A stretch of DNA of 32,000 nt, taken from positions 510,001 through 542,000 of the forward strand of contig OW818675.1 in NCBI GenBank assembly GCA_942493095.1. The letters run 5' to 3'. Made by a program: the position numbers and the translations under genes. This document shows, piece after piece, positions 8,377 through 16,701 of this stretch. The DNA comes from Candidatus Electronema halotolerans (GTDB taxonomy: Bacteria; Desulfobacterota; Desulfobulbia; Desulfobulbales; Desulfobulbaceae). The notes under the pieces were generated by a model. The model did no database searches. It saw only the letters and a list, made by a program, of their open reading frames with translations, and was not told the DNA's origin. The number at the start of each line of letters is the position of its first letter. Within the stretch, counting starts at the first letter, position 1.

Positions 8377-10530
8377 ATGTCTGACAAAAAACAGCTGTGG
8401 CAGATAATTTTTCTGTCAGCAGGCGCAACCATTCTGCTGGCATTGCTCTTCATTGATTACCGCAACTTCATCCAACCCAGCATCAGCTATCTCGGCAACC
8501 TTCAGAACATAGAAACGACAAATTCCGTCAGCAGATATGATTTCACACCGGAACAATTGTCTTTGACGTTCAATGCAACAAATGATGCTTTTTTCTCCTT
8601 TCCCTTCGCAGTCAAACTTTCCAGCTGGAAGCGGCTCCGTGTGAATTTCTCAAAATTGCGGGGAGTTAAATACATATCTGTCTTCTACCGTCTTGAAGGA
8701 AACCCAGGCTTTCCAAAAGACCAAACAATAACGCAGCCAATATCAAAAAAGAATACATACAGTTACGATTTTTTGCTTCCTCCCGGCAGCTACACGCATC
8801 TGCGCCTCGATTTCGACGGCTACCGTCCTGATGCTGAAGCCACCATCACAGATATTCAGCTGTTTGAAGTCAGCTTTTTTTTCTACACAGGTTCCTATTT
8901 TCATATTCTCACCGCTGTCATCCTCTGTCTGCTGATTTTGCCTGGCATGATGCTGCATGCGCTGTTCGCCGACCGAGACCAAGCAGATTCAGCAACAAGC
9001 CTGCTGCTTTTCTTCTCTTTGTCAATTGCGTTCTATCTGCTGCTGTACGGCATTCTGGAAGCCTCTCATTGGTTGGCCATTGATCCGCGCATCCCTGTCA
9101 GTCTTGCCCTGCTGGCACTGCTTGCTTTCCTTGCCCTGCTGCTGTTCCGCAGCAACCGGCTGGCCCTTCTCCGCCGTCTGCTCATCAGCGAGCGTCAGTC
9201 GTTTGCTGCTGCCTTCCTTCTGTCAGTGCTCTGCGGCATCCTGCTGACTGGGTTTGTCCGGGATCCCTTCTCCTTTGCTTCGATCAACTGGGACACTGTT
9301 GACGGAAAAGTGATTTTTTGCGATTTCACCGGTCATGACAACATGTTTCAATACGTGAACGGAATGGCCATCGCCAACAATGAGCCATTTGCAAAATATT
9401 ACGCTGGTGGCAAACTGATGGCCGGAGTGCAGGACCGGGAAATGCTGGCCGGGGTCATCTATGGAGTTTTCCGCGTCCTGATCTCGGCAGTCAGCGAGGA
9501 CATGGGCCAATCCTACTTGACCTACTCCTTGGTCGGCCTCTGCATGAATATCATGGCCATTTTTCCGCTCATTGTTCTTTTTCGGCGATATTTTGGCCGC
9601 GAGCGGCAGCAGTTCCTCATCGTGATGCTGTCGCTGAACACGTTTGTGCTGTCCAACTTTTATTTCACGTGGTTCAAGTTTGCCGGTGCCGCCTTGTTCG
9701 TCAGCGGCATTGCCGCACTTCTGCGCGAAAGAAAGCGGCTCTGGGCTTGGCTGTTTGCCGGAGCGGCCTTTGGGCTGGGGTGCAACATGCACGCTGGCAA
9801 TGCCCTCGGCATTCCGCTCTTCTTTCTGCTGATCGTTTTCATGAACATCCGGGAAGAAGGGCTGCTGAACAGAAGCGTGACCATCTTTCCGCTGCTGCTG
9901 TGCATAGTTTTCGTGCTGGTCAACGTGCCTTGGGCGGTTGTCAAAGCCCTGTATTATCCAGACCACCATACGCTGCTCAAATTTCACTATCTGCCCGGCG
10001 CAACCCTTGACCAAGATTTGTTTTCAGCCGCTGTCTCCTTCTTTCAGAGTCATCCTTTGCCGGAGCAGCTGCGCTACCGGCTGCTCAACCTCTGGGACAG
10101 CCTGCGTTTTCTTGATATTTACAATATCTTCTGTTATTATTTTGACCCAGCAAAAATCAGCAAGATACTGTACCGCTGGACAGATGCTGAGTTCTACTTT
10201 TTCAGCCCCGCCATCTATCCCATGCTGACCATCGCCCTGATCAGCCGCTGGGTCCAACGGCGGCGCGTTTCGCCCATTAAAGATATGCTCCGGCAGGAAT
10301 TCTCCGCTGTGCTGACTGTGTCCTTCCTCACTGTCGGCAGCCTGATACTCCTGTCCTATCATGACTATCCTGACGCAGCCTATCACCTGCCGATGGGCAT
10401 CATTCTGATGATTTTAACCCTGCTGACCGGCTACAGCATCAGCAGCGGCACATTCAGCCGTTATCTGCTGCTGGCCTATGGCAGTTTAGCAGCTTGGCGC
10501 ACCGCGACATTGTTCATTCATTTTCTCTGA
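8377..10530 (+). CDS. large polytopic membrane protein, putative GT-C-type glycosyltransferase with an N-terminal extracytoplasmic beta-rich domain
   Basis: 717 aa. One TM segment, a ~150-aa soluble domain, then more than 10 hydrophobic segments. It sits immediately upstream of a polyprenol-phosphate GT2. The function is an inference from architecture and context. Confidence 0.5.
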   Translation: MSDKKQLWQIIFLSAGATILLALLFIDYRNFIQPSISYLGNLQNIETTNSVSRYDFTPEQLSLTFNATNDAFFSFPFAVKLSSWKRLRVNFSKLRGVKYISVFYRLEGNPGFPKDQTITQPISKKNTYSYDFLLPPGSYTHLRLDFDGYRPDAEATITDIQLFEVSFFFYTGSYFHILTAVILCLLILPGMMLHALFADRDQADSATSLLLFFSLSIAFYLLLYGILEASHWLAIDPRIPVSLALLALLAFLALLLFRSNRLALLRRLLISERQSFAAAFLLSVLCGILLTGFVRDPFSFASINWDTVDGKVIFCDFTGHDNMFQYVNGMAIANNEPFAKYYAGGKLMAGVQDREMLAGVIYGVFRVLISAVSEDMGQSYLTYSLVGLCMNIMAIFPLIVLFRRYFGRERQQFLIVMLSLNTFVLSNFYFTWFKFAGAALFVSGIAALLRERKRLWAWLFAGAAFGLGCNMHAGNALGIPLFFLLIVFMNIREEGLLNRSVTIFPLLLCIVFVLVNVPWAVVKALYYPDHHTLLKFHYLPGATLDQDLFSAAVSFFQSHPLPEQLRYRLLNLWDSLRFLDIYNIFCYYFDPAKISKILYRWTDAEFYFFSPAIYPMLTIALISRWVQRRRVSPIKDMLRQEFSAVLTVSFLTVGSLILLSYHDYPDAAYHLPMGIILMILTLLTGYSISSGTFSRYLLLAYGSLAAWRTATLFIHFL

Positions 10531-10535
10531 AACAG

Positions 10536-11270
10536 ATGTTCACAAGAAAATTTGCCGTGGTCGTGCCCATGGCCAATGAAGAGCAGGAATTTGAGCTGTT
10601 TGTCAAAGAAATGACAATGGTTCTCGACCGGCTTCCATGCGGCATGGTCTATCTCGTGGTGGACACAGTTTCAAAGGATAAGACCTTGGAATTGTGTCAA
10701 GAGCTGTCTCGGTTTGACAGCAGATTCATCACTGTCTGGGCACCGGAAAACAGAAATGTCGTTGATGCCTATCTTCGCGGGTATCGGGAAGCCCTGCGCG
10801 GCGGATGTGAAATCATCATTGAGATGGATGCCGGACTGTCGCATGACCCACGGGCTTTGCCGATGTTTCTGCGGGTTCTGAATGAAGGCAACGAGTGCGC
10901 CTTTGGCAGCCGCTTCATCAACGGCGGCTCGATTTTCGCTTCCAACTGGCGGCGCACTTTTCTTTCACAGGCCGGAACCCTGCTGGCCAATGTCCTGCTC
11001 GGCACCACGATGCGCGACATGACCTCCGGCTATCAAGGGTTTCATGCCGAAATTGTGAAAAAATTCGTTGATTATCCCTTGCTTTCAACGGCCCATTTTT
11101 ATCAGACTGAACTGCGCTATCTTCTCCGGCACACCCGCTTCGCGGAAATCCCGATCCATTATCGTGCGCCTTCGCCCAGCGTGTCGCAAAAAGCTGTCAG
11201 CAACGCCTTGGCCGTGCTGTGGCATTATTTTCTTAAACGCCTGCGCTTGCAGGCCGTCAGCATTCAGTGA
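10536..11270 (+). CDS. GT2 family polyprenol-phosphate glycosyltransferase (DPM1/ArnC-like)
   Basis: FAVVVPMANEE, VVDTVSKDKT, EMDAGLSHDP (DAD-type motif). I chose the internal ATG 10536 of track ORF 10494..11270 because it starts right after the upstream stop. Confidence 0.8.
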   Translation: MFTRKFAVVVPMANEEQEFELFVKEMTMVLDRLPCGMVYLVVDTVSKDKTLELCQELSRFDSRFITVWAPENRNVVDAYLRGYREALRGGCEIIIEMDAGLSHDPRALPMFLRVLNEGNECAFGSRFINGGSIFASNWRRTFLSQAGTLLANVLLGTTMRDMTSGYQGFHAEIVKKFVDYPLLSTAHFYQTELRYLLRHTRFAEIPIHYRAPSPSVSQKAVSNALAVLWHYFLKRLRLQAVSIQ

Positions 11271-11273
11271 TCA

Positions 11274-12296
11274 GTGATCAATTCCGACCGTCCTGCGCCG
11301 CTCATGCCTCCAACATTTTTAGTGATCACCTCCATCGCCGCCAGCAGCCATCCGGTTCTTCAATGCTATGCCAAAGAAGCTGCGGCACATGCCATGCCAA
11401 TGATCGTGGTTGGCGATTTGAAAAGTCCGGCCCAGTTTGACCTGCTTGGCTGCGATTTTTATTCAGTCGCCCGGCAGCAAGCCATGTCCTCGGAGCTGGC
11501 CAAGCTGCTGCCGTGCAATCATTATGCGCGGAAAAATATAGGCTACCTTGCCGCCATGCGGCAGGGTGCGGAAATCATCGTCGAAACCGACGACGACAAC
11601 CTGCCCGGCAGCGACTTCTGGCAGGAACGGCGGCGGCGGACAACAGCGCATCTGCTGACCGGCAAAGGCTGGGTGAACATCTGCCGGTACTTCACGGACC
11701 GCCACATCTGGCCGCGCGGTTTCGCCCTCGATCATATCCGTGACGACGTGCCCAAGCTTCCTGACGAAGTTGCTGTTGACTGTCCGATTCAGCAAGGTCT
11801 GGCTGATCAGAACCCTGATGTTGATGCCATCTACCGCCTGACCATGCCGCTGCCGGTTGATTTTGCTCCCGGCCCGAATGTGGCGTTGGGCCAAGACAGC
11901 ATCTGTCCGTTCAACAGCCAGAACACCACGTGGTTCAAGGATGCCTTTCCTCTGCTGTATCTGCCCTCGTTTTGCAGCTTCCGAATGACCGACATCTGGC
12001 GTTCGTTCGTGGCCCAGCGGATCGCTTGGGAATGCGGCTGGCATGTCCTTTTCCATCGCAGCACGGTCTGGCAGGAACGCAACGATCACAACCTGCTGCA
12101 TGATTTCAGGGATGAGGTGCCAGGATATCTGAACAACGGCAGGATTGTCGATGAATTGCGGCAACTGCGCTTGCAAGCTGGCGCGGAGGGCATCGCCGAC
12201 AATATGCTCATGTGTTATCGGAAACTTATCGACATGGCCCTCATTGATCACCAAGAATTGCCGCTGGTCGCCGCTTGGCTGAAGGATGTCCTCTGA
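11274..12296 (+). CDS. STELLO/DUF288-like glycosyltransferase
   Basis: VVGDLKSP...NHYARKNIGYLAAMRQGAEIIVETDDDNLP matches my recollection of the DUF288 signature. The start could be GTG 11274 or ATG 11304. Confidence 0.55.
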   Translation: MINSDRPAPLMPPTFLVITSIAASSHPVLQCYAKEAAAHAMPMIVVGDLKSPAQFDLLGCDFYSVARQQAMSSELAKLLPCNHYARKNIGYLAAMRQGAEIIVETDDDNLPGSDFWQERRRRTTAHLLTGKGWVNICRYFTDRHIWPRGFALDHIRDDVPKLPDEVAVDCPIQQGLADQNPDVDAIYRLTMPLPVDFAPGPNVALGQDSICPFNSQNTTWFKDAFPLLYLPSFCSFRMTDIWRSFVAQRIAWECGWHVLFHRSTVWQERNDHNLLHDFRDEVPGYLNNGRIVDELRQLRLQAGAEGIADNMLMCYRKLIDMALIDHQELPLVAAWLKDVL

Positions 12297-12300
12297 CACT

Positions 12301-12513
12301 ATGCGCATCAAGCCCTCGCATCTGCTGTTTCTTCTGACCGCCTTGAACATCACGGGCTGCGCCCCGACGTTGTACGAGATGATGGAGAATGGCCGCACTC
12401 TTGCCTGCGACTCGCTGCACGGACAGGAGCGCGAGGAATGCTTGGCGCAGGCAAGGAAAAGTTACGATGAGTACGAACGGGAACGTGAAGAGGCGATCAG
12501 CAAGGATAAATAA
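12301..12513 (+). CDS. small lipoprotein
   Basis: MRIKPSHLLFLLTALNITGC has a lipobox (ITGC). The tail is charged and helical. This is the internal ATG of track ORF 12286..12513. Confidence 0.6.
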   Translation: MRIKPSHLLFLLTALNITGCAPTLYEMMENGRTLACDSLHGQEREECLAQARKSYDEYEREREEAISKDK

Positions 12514-12546
12514 GAGCTGTGATAACAGGGCGGAATCGCCGCCAGC

Positions 12547-12789
12547 TTACTGCCCGGCCAGCGTTTCATCGCCAAAGATATCGTGCGTGATCTCCTGATA
12601 GGCGGTCAGCAGGCCGGGCTGCTGCTCGGCGGGAATCGGATGCGCAGAGCCGGGCAGAGTGCCCGTCCTACGTGTCAAGACCCGAATGATACCTACACCT
12701 TGAGCGGCAGCACAGCTACGGCCCGCCAGACCCTCTATGACAGCTGCTTGGATTACTGGCAGGAATGGCAGGCTGGGGCAAAGAAATTC
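12547..12789 (-). pseudogene. start-less C-terminal remnant of an alpha/beta-hydrolase-like gene
   Basis: An 80-codon open frame bounded by TGA (12790-12792) and TAA (12547-12549), with no ATG/GTG/TTG giving a plausible start. The tail ...IIRVLTRRTGTLPGSAHPIPAEQQPGLLTAYQEITHDIF... resembles the 'G-x-GH ... E-x-P' C-terminus of alpha/beta hydrolases. Confidence 0.3.
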
Positions 12790-12886
12790 TCAGCCCTGCC
12801 TGCGGTGCTCCATCTGCTTGGTCCAAGCCACCGGCAGCCTTGACTGGCCCGGAGCAAGGAAATCAGCCACCTTTCCCCTCAAGGAC

Positions 12887-13171
12887 TTACTTGTCCATTT
12901 CTATCCATCTGCTCAATATTTCAATGATCTTCTCAGCCTGCCTTGCGCTGGAAATATTGAATTTGGATTTGGGGACATATTGATCATTGCGTTTCTGATA
13001 GCGGCGGATGCTGTATTTCAAGGGGCCATAGTCCTGCTTCTTGCGGTCATACTCTTGATATCGGAACAACAGCGTTGTCCACAGTCCCTTGGTCAGCACC
13101 TCCTTGTCCAGCTCTTTGACCAACAGCAGGCCGTCTTCCTCGTAGTTTATGGTTATCTCATCAATATCCAT
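12887..13171 (-). CDS. hypothetical protein (94 aa) in a lower-GC patch
   Basis: AGGGAG RBS. The sequence is charged with a coherent composition (MDIDEITINYEEDGLLLVKELDKEVL...). I did not recognise a family. Confidence 0.55.
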   Translation of the reverse strand: MDIDEITINYEEDGLLLVKELDKEVLTKGLWTTLLFRYQEYDRKKQDYGPLKYSIRRYQKRNDQYVPKSKFNISSARQAEKIIEILSRWIEMDK

Positions 13172-13315
13172 CCCTGCTCCCTTTCATGACGCTGTTTTCC
13201 ACACGTCTTTTTCATATTCTCAAGAAGGCTGCTGAAGCAGCGGGTCATCAGGCGCATGAATTCTCTCCTGCCTGCAAGCAAGGCCAGCAGCCCCATGAAG
13301 CTGCTGACTGATCAT

Positions 13316-16300
13316 TCATGCCGGAACCTGCTGCTGGAGCAGCCCGTCAATCTCGGCAAATATCTGCCGGTCCGTGAAATGCCTGATCTTGGCCGCGCCG
13401 CTGGGACAATGGCCTGCGCAGCTGCCGCAGCCCTTGCAGACAGCCTCGTTGACCTCGCTGACTCCTTTATAAGCATTAAAGGTGATGGCCCCGTAGGCGC
13501 AGAGTCCGATGCAGGCTTGGCAGCCAATGCAGATATCCGGATCAATTGCGGAAATCATCGGAGAAATCTCAACCGTGCCAGAAGAGCTTAACGACAGGCA
13601 TTCCGCCGCCGCGCCTTTGGCCTGGGCCACGGTGTCGGAAATATCCTTTGGCCCCTGACAGGTTCCAGCTAAGAACACGCCGCTGGAAGGGGTGGAGACC
13701 GGCTCCAGTTTGGGATGCTCCTCTTGGAAAAAGCCGTCTGCTCCAGTGGTGATGCCAAAGGTGCGGGCCACATCGAGAGCATCCTTGCGCGGCTCTATGG
13801 CCATGCAGAGGATGGCCATTTCCACATTGATTTCCACCATCCTGCCGGACAGGGTGTCCTCGGCCCGGACCACCAAGGTCTTGTCAGCCAGCTCGGTGAT
13901 CTGCCCGGCCTTGCCCCGGATCATGCGCACGCCCTCTTCCTGCACCTTTTTGTAGAACTCCTCATACCCCTTGCCAAAACAGCGCATGTCAATATAGAAG
14001 TTATAGACCTGCGTGTCATGGCCGCATTTGTCCTTGAGCAGGTGAGCGAACTTGAGGGCGTACATGCAGCAGACCCGCGAACAGTACTCGTGATGATTCT
14101 TGTCGCGACTGCCGATGCAGTGGAGAATGGCCACGCTCTTCGGAACCTTGGTGAACTTGCCTTCGTCATCCCGAATGAGCAGTTTGCCAGAAGTCGGGCC
14201 GGTGGCATTGCTCAGGCGCTCAAACTCAAAGCTGGTATAGACATTGCGGTGTCTGCCATAGCCGTACTGGGTCATCGGGGTCGGGTCCATCAGATCAAAA
14301 CCAGTGGCTACGATAATTGAGCCAACCTCCAGCTCCAGCGTTTCCGGCTGCATGTCATGATCAATGGCCTTGGGCATGCAGGCATCCACGCACTGATAGC
14401 ATTCGGAACAAACCCCGCATTCAAGGCAGCGTCTGACTTCGCGCTGCACCTGCTCCTCGGTGAGACTGCCGATGATTTCCCGGAAATTGCCGGTCCGCTC
14501 TCGCACCGGCAGCCGGGGCGCACGTTCCCGTTTCACCGGCTTTTTGTCGCCGATATCAGGTTTTGTATAATCCCAAGACCTTGCCCGGCCCTCTTCCAGC
14601 TGCCTGCCGTTGAGGAAGCGGTCAATGCTCTCTGCCGCCTCTTTGCCAGAGGCAACCGCTTCAACCACGGAGCGCGGCCCATGCACAGCATCGCCGCCCG
14701 CAAAAATCCAGCTAATCGGCGACTGAAGGGTCAGTGGATCAACATCCAGACCACCTCGCTTGGTGACGGCAATATTCTCACTGTCGGCAAAATCCAGCTC
14801 CGCGCTCTGGCCAATGGCGACAATGACCGTGTCCGCTTCCAAAGAGATCAGCTCGTTTTCATCGTACTGAGGCCGGAACGCACCGCTGGCATCAAAGACC
14901 GCTGTGCAGCGTTTGAACTCCACCCCGGTGCAGACGTGATCTGCGCCAAGGAACCGCTTTGGTCCCAGCGAGTTGATGATATCGATCTGTTCCTCCAACG
15001 CCTCTTCGACCTCATAGTCCCAAGCAGGCATCTCCTCCCGCTTTTCCAAGCAGATCATAGTGACTTTTGCCCCGCCCAGCCGTTTGGCAGTCAGGGCCAC
15101 ATCAACCGCCACATTGCCGCCGCCAATGACAATGACTTTCCTGCCCACGGTCACGTCTTTGCCCAAGGCCACATTGCGGAGGAAGGCCACGCCCGGCAGA
15201 ATGCCCTGCATCTCCTCGCCCGGCACGCCCAAGGCGCGGCTGCCGTGCAGGCCGGTGCCGATGAACAGGGCCTTGTAGCCGTCCTTGCGCAGACTCGCCG
15301 CAGTCACATCCCTGCCAAAGGCGGTGTTGGTTTTGATGACCACGCCCAGCTTTTCGATCAGGCCGATTTCTTTGGCCAGAGTCTCTCGCGGCAGGCGGTA
15401 TTCCGGGATGCCGACCGCCATCATGCCGCCCTTGATTGGCAGCTTTTCAAAAATCGTGACCTGATAGCCTTTCTGAGCCAGATAATAGGCAGCGGTCAGA
15501 CCGGCTGGGCCTGAGCCGACCACGGCCACTTTTTCCGAGCGTTTCTGCTCAATCTCCGGCATGTACGGATCGGCTGAATCCAGATCAAGGTCAGCAATGT
15601 AGCGGTGCAGATGCTGAATGGCCATAGGCTGCTCGACATCGCCGCGTGTGCAGGCCCCCTCGCAGGGATGGTGGCAGACCCGACCGCAGGTGGCTGGGAA
15701 AGGATGATCTTTCTTAAAAACCCGCACAGCCTCTTTGTACTTGCCCAGCTCCATCAGGGCGATGAAGCCCTGAATGCTGACATGGGCCGGACAGGTCGCC
15801 TTGCAGGGCGCAGGTCCTTTTTTGTCAATGATGTAGGTGATCGGCACTGCTTGGGGAAAGGAGCGGTAGATGGCCTTGCGGTCAGCAATGCCCACATCCC
15901 ACTCATTGGGCCGGGTGATTGGACAGACCTTGGCGCAGTCGCCGCAGCCGGTGCAGATGCCCTCTTTGACGTAGCGGGGCTTTTTATGCACTTTGACCTT
16001 GAAGTTGCCGATAAAGCCCTGCACTTCCTCCACTTCCGCATGGGTGATCAGCTCAATGTTCGGGTGCTGGCCCACGGCAACCATTTTCGGAGTGCCGATG
16101 CAGGCGGCGCAGTCCAAGGTAGGAAAGGTCTTGTCATACTGGAGCATGTGGTTGCCGACTGTGGAGCCTTTTTCGACCAGATAGACCTTGTAGCCCGCCT
16201 TGGCAATGTCCAGCGAAGCCTGCATTCCAGCAATGCCGCCGCCCACCACTAACGTATTTGTGTTGACGGAAAATTTGCTTGGCGTGAGCGGGCTTTGCTT

Positions 16301-16687
16301 GGTTACTCTGGTGATGCCGGCCCTGACCACGGTTTTGGCCTTTTCCGTGGCCTCATCCTCATTTTCCGTGACCCAGGAGACATGCTCGCGGACGCAGACC
16401 ATGTGGAATGCCTTGTACGGATTCAGCCCGGCCCGCTGACAGGCGGCCCGGAAGGTTTTTTCGTGCATTCTCGGCGAACAGGAGGCCACGACCACGCAGT
16501 CAAGGTCATGCTCCTTGATGTCCGTCTCCACCAGCTCTTGGCCGGGATCGGAACACATGAAGAGGTAATCGCGGGCCACGACCACGCCGGGCAAGGTGGC
16601 CGCATATTCAGCCACTTCCTGCACCCGAACTCTGTAGGCAATGTTGATGCCGCAGTGACAAATGTAAAATCCAATCCGTTTTGACAT
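13316..16687 (-). CDS. HdrA-like flavoprotein with an inserted GltD/NfnB-like NAD(P)H-binding module and a C-terminal 2x[4Fe-4S] ferredoxin domain
   Basis: HdrA N-terminal domain IGFYICHCGINIA...CSPRMHE and FAD fold VVGGGIAGMQASL. The insert has CGRVCHHPCEGAC, VAVVGSGPAGLTAAYYLA...GGMMAVGIPEYRLP and VIVIGGGNVAVD. The HdrA fold then resumes (CLECGVCSECYQCVDAC, CSRVCCMY, FLAGTCQGPKDI). The C-terminus has CIGCQACIGLC and CKGCGSCAGHCP. The start is set at ATG 16687, which has an AGGAG RBS. Confidence 0.85.
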   Translation of the reverse strand: MSKRIGFYICHCGINIAYRVRVQEVAEYAATLPGVVVARDYLFMCSDPGQELVETDIKEHDLDCVVVASCSPRMHEKTFRAACQRAGLNPYKAFHMVCVREHVSWVTENEDEATEKAKTVVRAGITRVTKQSPLTPSKFSVNTNTLVVGGGIAGMQASLDIAKAGYKVYLVEKGSTVGNHMLQYDKTFPTLDCAACIGTPKMVAVGQHPNIELITHAEVEEVQGFIGNFKVKVHKKPRYVKEGICTGCGDCAKVCPITRPNEWDVGIADRKAIYRSFPQAVPITYIIDKKGPAPCKATCPAHVSIQGFIALMELGKYKEAVRVFKKDHPFPATCGRVCHHPCEGACTRGDVEQPMAIQHLHRYIADLDLDSADPYMPEIEQKRSEKVAVVGSGPAGLTAAYYLAQKGYQVTIFEKLPIKGGMMAVGIPEYRLPRETLAKEIGLIEKLGVVIKTNTAFGRDVTAASLRKDGYKALFIGTGLHGSRALGVPGEEMQGILPGVAFLRNVALGKDVTVGRKVIVIGGGNVAVDVALTAKRLGGAKVTMICLEKREEMPAWDYEVEEALEEQIDIINSLGPKRFLGADHVCTGVEFKRCTAVFDASGAFRPQYDENELISLEADTVIVAIGQSAELDFADSENIAVTKRGGLDVDPLTLQSPISWIFAGGDAVHGPRSVVEAVASGKEAAESIDRFLNGRQLEEGRARSWDYTKPDIGDKKPVKRERAPRLPVRERTGNFREIIGSLTEEQVQREVRRCLECGVCSECYQCVDACMPKAIDHDMQPETLELEVGSIIVATGFDLMDPTPMTQYGYGRHRNVYTSFEFERLSNATGPTSGKLLIRDDEGKFTKVPKSVAILHCIGSRDKNHHEYCSRVCCMYALKFAHLLKDKCGHDTQVYNFYIDMRCFGKGYEEFYKKVQEEGVRMIRGKAGQITELADKTLVVRAEDTLSGRMVEINVEMAILCMAIEPRKDALDVARTFGITTGADGFFQEEHPKLEPVSTPSSGVFLAGTCQGPKDISDTVAQAKGAAAECLSLSSSGTVEISPMISAIDPDICIGCQACIGLCAYGAITFNAYKGVSEVNEAVCKGCGSCAGHCPSGAAKIRHFTDRQIFAEIDGLLQQQVPA

Positions 16688-16701
16688 GTCGTTTCTCCTG
16701 A

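Noticed and set aside
2707-12398. Other long antisense ORFs (2707..3447 +, 7294..7932 -, 9223..10014 -, 11463..12398 -)
   Set aside because: Each overlaps a better-supported gene on the opposite strand and has an Arg/Ala/Gly-rich, motif-less sequence.
13153-13257. 34-aa minus-strand ORF (MRLMTRCFSSLLENMKKTCGKQRHEREQGWILMR) with a GGAGAG RBS, overlapping the start of the 94-aa gene
   Set aside because: It is too short and featureless to support from sequence alone. It could be a leader or uORF, but I have no comparative evidence.
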